Source of the DNA: Octopus bimaculoides | Lineage: Eukaryota | Direction of reading: 5' to 3' | Assembly: GCF_001194135.2 (NCBI RefSeq) | Contig: NC_068984.1 | Location: 88,213,568-88,277,567 of the forward strand | Length of the DNA stretch: 64,000 nt | Shown here: positions 13,802-27,052 of the stretch, piece after piece | Layout of the letters: each line of letters starts with the position of its first letter | Numbering within the stretch: the stretch's first letter is position 1 | Notes under the pieces: model-generated | Databases searched by the model: none | What the model saw: the letters and a program-made list of their open reading frames with translations, nothing else | What the model was told of the DNA's origin: nothing | Position numbers and translations under genes: made by a program

Positions 13802-14949
13802 TAAAATTGTGTATTAGCAAATTTCTATAAGCATTAACTTTAATAATGTATGTATACTTTATTCATACGAAAAATTATTAAAAACATACAATATATAGTA
13901 ATTTTAAAAAATTAAAAAAGCCTTGTGGTATGCATACAAAGCTGGAATGTTTTCGATATTTGACTACAGCTTTGTGGACAAAGATCAAAGTGGTTGCCAA
14001 CTTTTTTTTATCGTAACTAAGTCCCCTAGAATGACTTCAACATACGGTTGTTGTAATGTACAATATTTAAACTGTTGAAATTAGTCCAGACAATTTAATG
14101 TGGGGATTATGAGATGCTTAGTCCTCAAATGTCCCATTTTCACACACACACAGTTATGATTACATTATCCAGTTGTCCTTTCTTTAAGACATTCAGCTAT
14201 GATTTAAGAAATATCTGGCTGTTATTTCTTGAAAATCGAACGACCACGCAGAGATTCACCTACTATGCGTGTAATACAATGAAAGACTGAATGAATCATC
14301 TGGCCAGTGACTTCACTCGAGATCGTCTGTTAAAACAAATAATTACATTACGAGATTGTGGTATATAGACTTGTTTTATTTTCTGCTAGCATTATTTACT
14401 ACAAAGTATCTGAAATACTGCCATACATCAGCGATTTAGGCGTTGATACTAATTAATCATCCAAGCATTTTCTAGTGGATAATTATTTTGTGGTGGTGGG
14501 AGTACATAAAATGTTCGATTTACGAATAACATAATATAGTACCTTTATTTGTTACTGTTTACAATTTTTGTCGTCTCCTCACCCCGCCCCATCTATCCAT
14601 TAACACTAACACAGAGAACTGTCGTGCATAGAAGAGACTGCTTTAGCCCTTCACATGTTCCGACGGCATTGATAAAATTCCTCTGTTTACCGGAATAAAA
14701 ATTTCACACTATAACCATTTGAAGATACATCTTGATAATCTGAAACTTATCTCATATTATCCCCTTGCCCTCATGCACACACACTGGATTAGCCTGAATT
14801 TCCTCCTCCTCCTACCATCAATAGAATTACTACTACCACTACTACTACTATTACTTACACAGCAAGGATTCATCCATCCATCCATCCATTTTCATAACGC
14901 AGTATTCCTGTGAGAGTCAAGCTGACTTGAGTCCTTAGACATTCCCTCC

Positions 14950-17380
14950 AGAGACTCCTGTCTGAAACATCTATCAGCAAATGTTACAGCTAGATTTCTA
15001 GGTTATAGTTATTACCCACACATCTAACTTGTAGTCTACCCTAGGCCTCCTACTAGTTGGCCTTGCTCATAAAACTCTCCTGTAATTCTTTGCTCAGGTA
15101 TTTGAATCACATGCCCAAAGTACCTGTGTCCTCTTGGTGAAGAAAGTATGACCCAACTTGGAGGAACCCCATAATCACTACATAGAGTAATATTACTCCA
15201 TCATCTCTTTGGAGGAACCCCATTTCGGCCACTTATATTCTTGATTATCCTCATTTAATCATTACCCAAGGCTTATGACCTTAAGTTAAAGTAGACACTA
15301 GATCTGAATATTACAAGTTAGGCTTTTTCATTCTCTTCTTCTGATAGATGAATTTGGTATATTATGGCACCAATTCCACTAATTCTTGCAGCCAATTGAT
15401 CCTGCCTTTCATCACTCATAAAAATGACTCCAAGATACTTGAACTTCTTCACATGCTTCAGTGAAGCTCCACTAATATGCAAAGTACACTGGTCAGGCTT
15501 TCCAATGTCTATCTTCATAAACTGATTTTCATACCAGCCTTACAGCACTTTGCAGCAAAGCTATTTAGTACATGTTGAAGACCACCTTTTGACAAGCTAA
15601 ATTGTACCATACTGTCCAAAAATATCAGCCAGCTGATCCTACATCTACCAATTTTGAAACCATTCCCACTCCAGTTGTGCATGACAATCCAGTTCAAAAG
15701 GATTATAAATAGAAAAGGTGATAATACACACACCTGGCAAAATTCAAACTCCTGTATAAAAGTTTTGACCTAGCAACATTTACATGAACACCAACTCTAA
15801 AGTATTCACACTGGGATTTCAAGGCAACAAGAAGTCACTCATCAATTCCTAATTCCTGAAAAACCTTCCACAGTATAACCCATAACATGCATAATATGTT
15901 ATTTCTAGATCTACAAAACAAGTGCATACTTCTGTAGGTCAACCCAAAAATACTTTCTCTGTTTAAGGCTTTTAACATCTCAAACTGGATTTCATCAATC
16001 TCCAGTGACTTTGCCACATTTAAAAGCTTCAATTGACTGTGAGATTTGTTTTCACCCAGACACACTTAATGTATAATTGAAGATGTTACAATGATCAGAT
16101 TTAAGAGATCAGTAAACTCTTCTCTCTACCCTTGAGGTACTTCTTGGCAGAGAGAACCCTAAACAAGTTCTTGGTGGCAGGGGTGGAGTGGGACTCCTTG
16201 TTACAAAGTTGACAGATGGTCTGCCTGAATACTTTATTTGCTGATTGAAAGTCATTTCAGCTTAACCCCAAAATCCTCCCATGTTTTTATTGAATTTGCT
16301 GCAACTTTTTCTGCTTCATAGTACCACAAGAACAAAATAGATTTATTTTCAAGCTAAGTACTTTAAGCTTCCTTCTTTGCTCTGATGGAATCTTCAACTT
16401 CTTGACTAAACCAGGACATACTTCTGCTACTTGGCATTTCGGCAAGCCATTTTCATCTATATCATTGAACAGTTGAAGAAGTAATTGCTGAATTTAACAG
16501 TCTCTTCTCTGACATCTTCAGTTCAGTAAGTTCTACAAATTTAAATGCAATAGTTTCTGCATAGTTGCTTCTAACCTCACCACCAGACAATGCTTTCTAC
16601 TTTATCTTGTAGGTTCTCTTAGCTGTAGATAGTCTCCAGTTACAGACAACTAAGTGGTGATCAGTTGACAGTTCAGCCTTTCTCTTTACACAAATGTATC
16701 AATCCCAAACTCCTACTGAATCAAAACATCCACAGAATCAAAGATATCAATAATTACAAAAAAAAAATCAATTAGTGTCTCTGTTCAAAAGTATTCTAAT
16801 ATCATGTATATTCATGAATATCTCTCAGTGAAGGTGCTTGTAATACAGAGCCCATTTCTAATGAAACTCCTCCTTTTGTATTTAGATCATGTTCACTATT
16901 CTTCCCAATCACTCTTTTATATATCAAGTAATCTTTGCCAACACGTTCATTGAAATTTGAGAGCAGAACAAATAACTATGTTTAAAACTGTTCTGACATT
17001 ATTATGGAAGGACTTGTATTTGAACTCTCTGTTTTGCACATAAACCTGCACCAGCCACAGAGATCCTTCTTGCAGCCTAAACTTCAGACACAAACCTTCC
17101 ACTTTATAACACAACAACCAGGGAATTCCCCTCCTCTATCCAAATCTACAGAACAAGAGCCATGAAATTTTTATAGAGATCTCAGCTATATCTAATCAGT
17201 AACATTTGGTCTCCTCCTCTAGTTCCTGCTACTTACCCGTAAAGTTTGTAATGTTCCAGTTACCTGTCCTAAGTTGCTCCTTCAAACACCCTCTGAGAGA
17301 TCTGGAACATACAACCTTTCTGCATCAGCCACACACCTTCCAGGACAGGTTGCAGCCCCATCACTGGTCCTCTTGGTATT
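14950..17380 (-). mobile_element. Degenerate near-full-length RTE-clade LINE (APE endonuclease + RT)
   Basis: Minus-strand APE start (GNWNI.TL.GK..EL.EE-like) near 17260, RT motifs CVLSPFLFI...LIFLD (15515-15733) and KKFKYLGVIF (15318-15518). Many stops and frameshifts. Confidence 0.8.
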
Positions 17381-17940
17381 GGATAGGAATTGCAATATAG
17401 TTTTTAAAAAACTCCTCATCTTAAGGCCTGAATGCATCTATTGTTAACCTTTACAAAGAACAATGTGACATGGTTATCTGTATGTATCCTAACCATAATG
17501 AAATTTTGATGATCTTATTCGCACCAATTACCAAATTGGTTTTTTTTTTCTTAAATCCTCAAAAACTAAGTTTATTTAGATATGACCTTTACTTACCTCA
17601 TCATATTTACATCACTGGGTTGTAAGAGACAACAGTGTTACTTAGTAATTTATTTCCCCTATTAGCATACTACTATTTGGTCCAGGGTTGCATATTCATT
17701 CTGCTGTTTTAAAAAAGAAATTATTGACTTGACAAAGTATTTTAAGATACATTTTGTTTGAAGAAAAAAAAGGATAGTCATTATTAAAACACTTTTGATC
17801 ATAAAAGCTGCTCAAATAAATTTGACAATAAAAACAACAATCATATTGATATAGACTTTAAGGTGGCAAGCCAGCAGAATTGTTAGCAGACTGGGCAAGA
17901 TGCTCAGTGGCATTTTGTCCATGTTTACATTCTGAATCCA

Positions 17941-18326
17941 GTGGAGGCACAATGGCCCAGTGGTTAGGGCAGCGGACTCGCGGTCATAGGATCGCGGTTT
18001 CAATTCCCAGACCGGGCGTTGTGAGTGTTTATTGAGCGAAAACACCTAAAGCACCACGAGGCTCCGGCAGGGGATGGTGGCAAACCCTGCTGTACTCTTT
18101 CACCACAACTTTCTCTCACTCTTACTTCCTGTTTCTGTTGTACCTGTAATTCAAAGGGTCAGCCTTGTCACACTGTGTCACGCTGAATATCCCCGAGAAC
18201 TATGTTAAGGGTACACGTGTCTGTGGAGTGCTCAGCCACTTGCATGTTAATTTCACGAGCAAGCTGTTCCGTTGATCGGATCAACTGGAACCCTCGACAT
18301 TGTAAGCGATGGAGTGCCAACAAAAA
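17941..18326 (+). mobile_element. tRNA-derived SINE nested inside another SINE
   Basis: A box TGGCCCAGTGG, B box GGTTTCAATTCCC and A-rich tail. Perfect 14-bp TSD ACATTCTGAATCCA (17927-17940 / 18327-18340) splits an older SINE (about 17860-18470). Confidence 0.85.
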
Positions 18327-19834
18327 ACATTCTGAATCCAAATTCTGCCAAAGTTGACTTTGCCTTTCATCCTTTTGGGGCCGATAAAATAAGTACCAGT
18401 TGAGCTCTGGGATCAATCTTATTGACCTATCCCTCCCCTGAAATTGCCAGCCATGTACCAAAACTTGAAAGCAATATTCATATAGACTTTAAAATGATCT
18501 CTAAAAAATAAAGAAAAGAGATCAAATAACAAAAAATATAATAAAACATTTAGGTGATGATTGTGTCTAGAAACGCCGGAGCCCTCTTCTTCCACCACAT
18601 ACATGCTTATCCAAACTCATGGACTTCATCCTTTCAGGGTCGATAATTTAAGTACCAGTTGCATACTGGTGTTGATCTAATCAACTGGCCCCCTCCCCAA
18701 AAATTTTGAGCCTTGTGCCTAGAGTAGAAAAGAATATATACACATTGCCATATATACACATTGCCATATATACACATATATACACATATATACACATTGC
18801 CATATATACTAATTTTAGTGTAAGTATATGATAATTCTTTATTTTGTTGTTCTTTTGCTTGTATTATAACCCAGCAAACAAGCATTTTACATTTGTTACT
18901 GCTCAAACTTTGGAACTTGGGTCAATAAGCAAGCCTGTACTTGTTCACTCTGCTAGAAATAGCAACCAAATCTCCTTTAATTCATAATATCCTAATTTAA
19001 ATTAAGGAAGGACACATTGGATAATGTAGTACTAGGAATACTTTGAACAAACAGTATAGTCATGGCTGGAATGCCTTTGATCACAGGTCTGAAGCCAAAC
19101 AACATATTATAAAGAACAGATTACGCTGGCTTTTCAGAAGATCCACTTTGAATATTTTTCTTTTTTTTTTTTTTTTTTTTCTGTTCTTCTTTAAGTTAGC
19201 TATTTATCTTAGTTAATGAAAGTCTATAGTCATTATGTGACATGGCTTGCAGAAAAATCGCTGAATTGTAAGATTGCCAAAAGAAATTATATATCTTTAA
19301 GTACTAGAACACCTACACAAAATGACAATGAAGTGTAATGACTATGTTGTTTTATTACCAACATTACAAGAAAGAAAAACTGTTAAACTTTATAGCAACA
19401 ATGATTTAACCATGTGAATGGAATATAAAGACTACAAAAAGCAGAATCGTTTATAGAATATGTCTGAAAGTGTGAATGCAAAGAATATTCAAACAAATTT
19501 TCCTGTCAATAAGACGTGCCATAATTTCTGGTGTACATACAAGTCAATGAAATATTTAGTGTATATATAGTATATCTTTTACCTTTTATCTTTTACTTAT
19601 TTCAGTCATTTCACTGTGGCCATGCTGGGGCACTGCCTTGAACTTTCAGTCAAATGAATCGACCTCTACATTTTCGTTTCCAAACCTGGTGCATAAGTAT
19701 TGGTCTACTTTTGTCAAACTGCTAAGTTAAGGGATGTAAACAAACCAACATCATACAATTCTATATTTAAGAGATGAGGAATTATGTACATTATTTACAT
19801 TCAACGGATATTTGTCCTCATCTTGTTTGTTGTT

Positions 19835-19872
19835 AACACATTTCGGCTGATATACCCTCCAGCCTTCTTCAT
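19835..19872 (-). ncRNA. Partial hammerhead ribozyme motif (GAAA intact, CUGA and helix III damaged)
   Basis: Minus strand ATGAAGA-A-GGCTG-GAGGGTATAT-CAGCC-GAAA-T-GTGTT. It retains the G that is missing in the other copies. Confidence 0.55.
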
Positions 19873-19898
19873 GTTCTCATTCCTAAGGTATTTTTCGA

Positions 19899-19931
<33 letters not shown>

Positions 19932-20540
19932 TCAATAACGGTCTATTAAGCAACAACTACCCAAAAAGTATACTATCCACCCCAATTATGAAGAAAAGAG
20001 AGGATGAAGCCAATAAACTGTCCACAGTCTGTCTACCTTATGTGAAAGGCCTCTCTGAAAAGATACAAAAGGTATGTGGCCCATATGACATCAGGACAGT
20101 ATTCAAGAGTAATACGACACTTTGCAAATATCTCCTTCGAGTAAAACCACCAATAGAAGAGAATATGACGAAAGACTGCGTGTACTCCATCCCATGCAGC
20201 TGTGGTAGGTTATACAAAGGTGAAACATACCGCCCCCTCAAAATAAGGGTAGACGAACATCGCAAAGCTGTGACATGAGAAGATATTGATATATCGGGTA
20301 TAGCTGATCATGTATGGAAAAATGGAGACCACCTCTTCCCCTGTGGGATGAAGTTAAAATAATAGACAGAGAACACCACTGGAAAATACGAAAACTAAAA
20401 GAAGCAGCACATATGCTAGGACACAACAACCTCCTAAGCTGACCGAGTGCTGATATGAGCAGCATATGGGAACTGGTGTTAAGGGAGGATAGAAAAACAT
20501 TAGATTTATAAGTCCTAAAATTCACTCGATAATTGCCTAT

Positions 20541-20615
20541 GGGCATATGGTGTAGTGGTTAAGAGCGCGGGCTACTAACCCCAAGATTCCAAGTTTGATT
20601 CCAAACAGTGACCTG
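20541..20615 (+). mobile_element. tRNA-like SINE head fused to the pLTR/hammerhead module
   Basis: GGGCATATGGTGTAGTGGTTAAGAGCGCGGGCTACTAACCCC...AGTTTGATTCC has A-box and B-box-like motifs. It is followed by an (AAT)n spacer and the module at 20643-20780. Confidence 0.6.
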
Positions 20616-20687
20616 AACACTAACAATAATAATAATAACATCAAAAAATACCTTACGAATGAGAACCCAGGTTCGGAATTTCCCCAA

Positions 20688-20733
20688 GACACCTGAAGAA
20701 GGCTGGAGGGTATATCAGCCAAAACATTGTGTT
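20688..20733 (+). ncRNA. Minimal type I hammerhead ribozyme motif (degenerate)
   Basis: GACAC-CTGAAGA-A-GGCTG-GAGGGTATAT-CAGCC-AAAA-CATT-GTGTT. Two CpG-type G>A changes relative to the consensus. Confidence 0.65.
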
Positions 20734-23441
20734 AACAACAAACAAGATGAGGACAAATATCCGTCAAATGTAAATAATGTAAACCAACATCAGTTGTCAA
20801 GTGGTGGGGGCGGGGGCAAACAGATACAAATACACACATGACAGGCTTCTTTCAGCTTCAAGGCCTTGGCCAACCTGAGGCTATAGTCGAAGTAACTTGC
20901 CCAAGGTGCTATGCAGTGGAACTGAACATAGAATCATGTGGTTAGGAAGCAAGCTTCTTACCACACAGCCATGCCTGTGCCTATATATTCAAGCATCATA
21001 TTATCTTTCCCGACCCTGCTGCATTTTACATGGAAATTTTGCTCCTCCAAAGTCACCTTGATGTATAAGTTGACCTACCTTTTTTTAACTGTAAATTTTG
21101 GTCCAGAATGGGCCATCAAGCAAAATTCTTCCATAAATGATATGGAATTGAATAGGACATTAATTCCCAGTATGTAACACATTCTCATTTACTGTTGCTT
21201 TACAAACAGTGATATTGTGTCTGCTTTACATGTACATACACATGCACACACACATACAAAGAGAGAGTGAAAGAGAGAGAGAGAGAGAGAGAAAAACATT
21301 CCTTCATTTATCCAGTGAGTCAAAGAATGATAAGATCATTCAAACTTATGAGTAAGAACACTTGAAGAACAGATTGCTTATATGATACAACATAAGTCAT
21401 TAAAATAATAAAAGCTCAAAATAATTTTAGTATTAAGACTACAATCTTTGAAGTGAATTTCTCAACATCATTATCATCATCATCTCACCGTCATCATCAT
21501 CATACTCATTTAAAGTCTACTTTTCATGCTTACATGGGTCAGACAGAATTTATTTGAGGTAAATTTTCTACAACCAGATGCCCTTCCTTTTGCCAGCCTT
21601 CATGTATTTCCAAGTAAGGTAATATTTTCTCCGTGGCCAGACATGTTCTCACAGAATATTGGAAATAAATGACATTACTTGTCAGACAGTGACACCCATT
21701 TACAACTAACATGCAATGTCAAGACCAGGAGACACCACCACACCCATATGCGTTCACATGTATATATATATATATATATATTTCCTATCCAAGACACCTG
21801 ATGTAAACAACAATGAAATTGAAGATGAAAAATGGGTAATGGGCATAAATGCGATATTTCAGGAGTTTTTGTTCCACCATCAGCACCCAGCCAACCCACT
21901 AATCATCCATGAACACATTGCTTAAATAGCCACTAAATATAGTGGTGTAACATAAATATTACTGACCTGTAGGGACACTGTATCTTGTTATGCAACCGTA
22001 ATATACTATAAAGTATATTAACACTGTGTTCTATAATGTTATATATAGCGGCTTCTATATACGTGTTCAATAAGGTTATATTATAGTGGTTTCTTTACTG
22101 GCTGTCCACAAACCAGTTCTTTGCTAAGGGTTATTATTGTCTTGATATTTGTTTCAAATTTTGGTGAGAAAATAAGTCGATTACATCGACCCTACCGTTC
22201 AACTGGTACTTATTTTATTGACCCAGAAAGATGAAAGATAAAGTCGTCCTCAGCAGAATTTGAACTCAGATTGCGAAGGTAGATGAAATGGTGCAAAGCA
22301 TTTTGCTTATTATACTAACAATCTTGCCAGGTTGCTGCCTTATCATTGTCTTAATATTGATGTTTGGTGACTAATTTATTGAATTCATGCATAGCTGTGA
22401 AGTAAGAAGTTTGCTTCCCAACTACATGGCCCTGGCTTCAATCCCACTGTGCACAAACTTTTCTACAAAAGTCTGTGGCTGACCAAAGCCTTGTGAGTGG
22501 ATTTGGTAAATGGAAACTGGAAGAAGCCTCTCATAAACAGATGTGTATATAGATATTATTATATATGCTTTATAAAATTATGGGGTTGAAATTGTGAAAT
22601 CTTGAAATTATAGTTCTTAAAAATATGTGAACTCATTTGAGATTTTGAACATGCCTATCCGCAAAAATCAGTACACACGCATGCACGCACGCACACACAC
22701 ACACACACACACACAAAAACTAAATGTAAATCTAATGTAAATGTAAAGCAAAGAGTTTGAAAGAAAACCACCTGTTAATGAGTGATTGATATCTATTAAG
22801 CATATAATTGTTTAAGGTTTCATCTGTGTCTTCATTCTTCTTTGGGATAAAAATACATAGAACCAAGAATGGGACAGATCAAAAGGTTAAACTGTTCCTC
22901 AAAAAAACAGAAGAGTTTTATATAATCATCTTTTATCTTTTACGTAGACTGCAGCCATGCTGTGGCACCACCTAGAAGAATTTTTAATCAAATGGATTTC
23001 TCCCAGTGCTTATAATTTTTTTTATGCCTGGTACTTATTCTATCAGTCTCATTTGCTGATCCATTAAGTTATGGGGACATAAACACACCGACACTAGTTG
23101 TTACACAGACACAAAAACACAATAAATATTTATTCATATATCTATATAATACATGACAGGCTTCTTTTCAGTTTCTGTCTACTAAATCCACTCACAAGGC
23201 TTCAGTTGGCCCAGAGCTACGGTAGAAGACACTAGCCTTAGGTGCCACACAGTGGGATTGAACCTAGAACCATATAGTTGGGAAGCAAACTTCTTACCAC
23301 ACAGCCACACCAGCACCTATGTATATAATGTCTAAATATCTTTCTTAAAAACATTTTTGTTTGAAATGATTAATACATTTTCTTTCTTCCAATCATAGCA
23401 ATTTAAATGTAACATTTCATTTATTTTTTATTATTTTCTAG

Positions 23442-23498
23442 GTGTCATCATGATAGGAGAAAGGAAACAAGATTTATATATTGCTTTGAAAGAAGAAA
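23442..23498 (+). CDS. Putative coding exon of an unidentified plus-strand gene ((G/C)VIMIGERKQDLYIALKEE)
   Basis: Long pyrimidine tract plus TAG| at 23441, and a single open frame. Possible donor A|GTAAGG at 23498/23499, or the exon continues into the gap. Confidence 0.45.
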
Positions 23499-23507
23499 GT
23501 AAGGTTC

Positions 23508-24260
23508 NNNNNNNNNNNNNNNNNNNNNNNNNNNNNNNNNNNNNNNNNNNNNNNNNNNNNNNNNNNNNNNNNNNNNNNNNNNNNNNNNNNNNNNNNNNNN
23601 NNNNNNNNNNNNNNNNNNNNNNNNNNNNNNNNNNNNNNNNNNNNNNNNNNNNNNNNNNNNNNNNNNNNNNNNNNNNNNNNNNNNNNNNNNNNNNNNNNNN
23701 NNNNNNNNNNNNNNNNNNNNNNNNNNNNNNNNNNNNNNNNNNNNNNNNNNNNNNNNNNNNNNNNNNNNNNNNNNNNNNNNNNNNNNNNNNNNNNNNNNNN
23801 NNNNNNNNNNNNNNNNNNNNNNNNNNNNNNNNNNNNNNNNNNNNNNNNNNNNNNNNNNNNNNNNNNNNNNNNNNNNNNNNNNNNNNNNNNNNNNNNNNNN
23901 NNNNNNNNNNNNNNNNNNNNNNNNNNNNNNNNNNNNNNNNNNNNNNNNNNNNNNNNNNNNNNNNNNNNNNNNNNNNNNNNNNNNNNNNNNNNNNNNNNNN
24001 NNNNNNNNNNNNNNNNNNNNNNNNNNNNNNNNNNNNNNNNNNNNNNNNNNNNNNNNNNNNNNNNNNNNNNNNNNNNNNNNNNNNNNNNNNNNNNNNNNNN
24101 NNNNNNNNNNNNNNNNNNNNNNNNNNNNNNNNNNNNNNNNNNNNNNNNNNNNNNNNNNNNNNNNNNNNNNNNNNNNNNNNNNNNNNNNNNNNNNNNNNNN
24201 NNNNNNNNNNNNNNNNNNNNNNNNNNNNNNNNNNNNNNNNNNNNNNNNNNNNNNNNNNNN
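23508..24260. other. Assembly gap (N)
   Basis: Run of N. Other gaps lie at 28895-29270, 33978-34077, 36192-36460 and 42882-42912. Confidence 0.99.
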
Positions 24261-24340
24261 NATCACATTCCATGGATGCAATTCCTCTTTCAGCTTCAAA
24301 GTCTAAAGTAACTTCCAAGTCAGTGGGAAAAAGAAAATAA
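24261..24340 (+). CDS. Probable 3' end of a coding exon (SHSMDAIPLSASKSKVTSKSVGKRK*)
   Basis: Open frame to TAA at 24338-24340, with AATAAA at about 24363. It is homologous to the end of the long Lys-rich ORF at 40880-41407 (minus strand). Confidence 0.4.
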
Positions 24341-25702
24341 AAACTGTTGCTACCATTCTAACAATAAAGATGTAAGAAAAATGTTAGCATCATGAGATTT
24401 GCTAATGGTAAATGGTTTCCAGAGATTTTTGTAATCTCCTAAATGTGATATAAATTAAAGATACCACTATCTTTGTCGTATACTATATTATTTGCTTTGA
24501 CTTTTAAGTGTTTCAGTTATTAGTGCTACTTTTTCAGATAGACTCATATATGTTCTGTGATATTTCATTTTTTTAATAGTGTCCATAAATTCAAATACTT
24601 CCACAAAATTTTGTAGTAAATATTTTTAATTTTTTATTTTATTCAGTGATCAAATACTGAGGTCAGTGGCATCAATTAACTTCCTCTTTAGAATAATGCC
24701 TAAATTAGAAATAGTTTTATTCAATGGTGAAGTACAGCTATGGCCATGTGGTTAAGAGGTTTGCTTCAGAATCATATGGTTTATGGCTCATTCCCACTGC
24801 ATGTACACTGCTGGCTGACATCTATTCTAGCCACAGGTTAACCAATGCTTTGTGAATGAAATTTGGTAGAGAAACTAGAGGAATCCCATCCTATATTTAT
24901 AAGTTTATATGTGTTTTGGGATGTGAATGAATGTATGTGTTTCCTCTTGTGCTGATATGAGTGTGCTAATTGTAAGCAAAAGTTAGTGTAATACAATTTT
25001 CACAAAAGCATATCCAGCTATTGAGCTCTTCATTATTTGAAGAACAAAGTAAGGTATTACCACACTTGGATTTAAGTGAGGGTTAGCAACACATAGAGCA
25101 TCCAGCTGTAGAAAAATTTTCTGCAGTAAAAATTTATCTAATCCATGCAAGTATGGAAAAGTGGACATCATGATGAAGATGATGATGATGATGTGAAATA
25201 GAATCAGTGCCCAATTTTCATTTTGATGAACTATTGCAAGGGAAGTAAGGCATGCAATTTAGACAAAATAAAAGTAAAATGAGTTGGTATCATAGTATAA
25301 TCACTCTGCTATTATATTTCTCAGACTATTTAAAGTCCAAACATATACACCATACTAAAAAATTGTCATCTCAATTGGCATTATTTGTTTAAAATCTGTT
25401 TTTCTTTGGTAGTATTATCTCATCTGTATTAATGAGGAAGCTGAATATCTATTCATGTTTCAAATAAAAACATTCTTTCTAGAGGAATTATGTGCATGTG
25501 TGTATTCTAATCAATACTGAAAAATGTACTCAGCTTATTATTGAGGTTAATGAGTTGGTAAAATAAATAGAATATTGGTTTAAATGCCTAGTGGTATTTA
25601 ATTACATTCTTTGTACAAATTTTACTGAGAAGGATTTTACTTTACATCTTTCCAAGTTTGATAAAAGTAGTCACATTCAGTTACAGGGGTTGAGTAACTC
25701 AC

Positions 25703-25739
25703 ATATCTTGAAGCACATCAAAATTTGTGGTTTGTACCT
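25703..25739 (-). CDS. Putative 37-nt internal exon ((E)VQTTNFDVLQD(I))
   Basis: Donor AT|GTGAGT and a weak acceptor TTTCTAATAG|. Phase 1->2 is compatible with 44156-44355 upstream and 13477-13555 downstream. Confidence 0.25.
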
Positions 25740-27017
25740 CTATTAGAAATTGTTATTGTTGTTATTTATTAAAAGGGTTATGGAGTGGCAAAAGTAGAAC
25801 AAGTATAGTTTGTGATTAATCAATTCACTTCACATTCACTTGGGTATCATTTTGCTCCAACTCCATAATACGTGGGTCAGTGGTCTCTACCTGAGCCTCA
25901 GATTAACTAAAGCTTTATGAGTGAAATTTAGTTAATGATAGCTGTGTGGAAACCTGCCTAATGGACTGTATCTGTTCTTGCATGAATGACTTAATCTGTT
26001 CCCTGGTTTAATAACCATCACCTTGGGTCTCTTTGGCAGAATCCACTGTAAAAGACATGGATATTGTCCTTTCTGCTCTAACAAAGCCATTAAAAAGAAT
26101 CGTTTTCTTCCTTCCAGGATCGAGAAAGTAAAATCCTTGTCAAGAACTTGCTTTGATTAAAATCAGCTACATCTTTCATTCTTCAACTTTTAGCTCCTTA
26201 TACTTATGTTAGAAATTATTATTATTAAGGTGACAAGCTGACAGAATTGTTAGCACACCAGGCAAAATGCTTAGCTGCATTTTGTCTGTTTTCAGGTTCT
26301 GAGTTCAAATTCCACCAAGGTCAATTTTACCTTTCATCCTTTCAGAGTCAATAAAATAAGTACCAGTTGAGCAATGGGGTCAATGTAATCAACTTACCCC
26401 TGCCTCCAAATTACTGGCCTTGAGCCAAATTTGAAATCATTATTATTATTATTATTATTGAGTGAGAGAGCAGTGCATGCCAGCAAAGTGACACTGGGGT
26501 AAAATATACGAAGCCCAGTATACCTATCGTGACTACTTGTCTGATAAGGGTACACCAAGAAACGCATCACAACCATATGTGCGCGACATGGTGATTTCAT
26601 ATCAAGATGAACAGTGCATGACTTTGCAGATAGGACCCTGCTAGAATTTTCTTCAGTCAAGTAGCCTTCCCACTCAAAAGGTCCCTGAATAAGGGTTGTT
26701 TAAGGATGTTGAATGAAACTCCAATGTTTGCAAAGGTGAATTATCCAAACCCCAACGAATTCTTCTCAACACATAGTTATGATCCCCCAACCCCCACTAC
26801 TTCTCCTTATGATCAGAGATGCACATATTATCAGCCACTGAGGGACATGCTCAACTGGTTAAGGTCAAACAACTGACAAGCAAATCTGTGGTATTGAGCA
26901 GAATATTTGCTGAAACCTGTCTTTTATACCAAGTCAAAACAATGTACATGATAACACTTCCAATCAGTTAAAATGAGAACTACTGCCTGGTACTGCATCA
27001 GATCATCATCATCATCA

Positions 27018-27019
<2 letters not shown>

Positions 27020-27052
<33 letters not shown>

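Larger units (their letters stand above)
19784..20780 (+). mobile_element. 5'-truncated Penelope-like element (GIY-YIG endonuclease region) flanked by inverted pLTR modules
   Basis: ORF CLPYVKGLSEKI...CVYSIPCSCGRLYKGETYRPLKIRVDEH, continuing after a stop as SGIADHVW...WDEVKIIDREHHWKIRKLKEA. Inverted module at 19784-19897 versus 20643-20780. Confidence 0.9.

Noticed and set aside
17941-18015. tRNA gene candidates (also 20541-20615)
   Set aside because: There is no complete cloverleaf with a matching acceptor stem, and they continue into SINE bodies.
19213-19267. Possible plus-strand exon LMKVYSHYVTWLAEKSLN, phase-compatible with 23442
   Set aside because: It needs the third AG after the pyrimidine tract, and the two nearer AGs give in-frame stops. 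Too uncertain.
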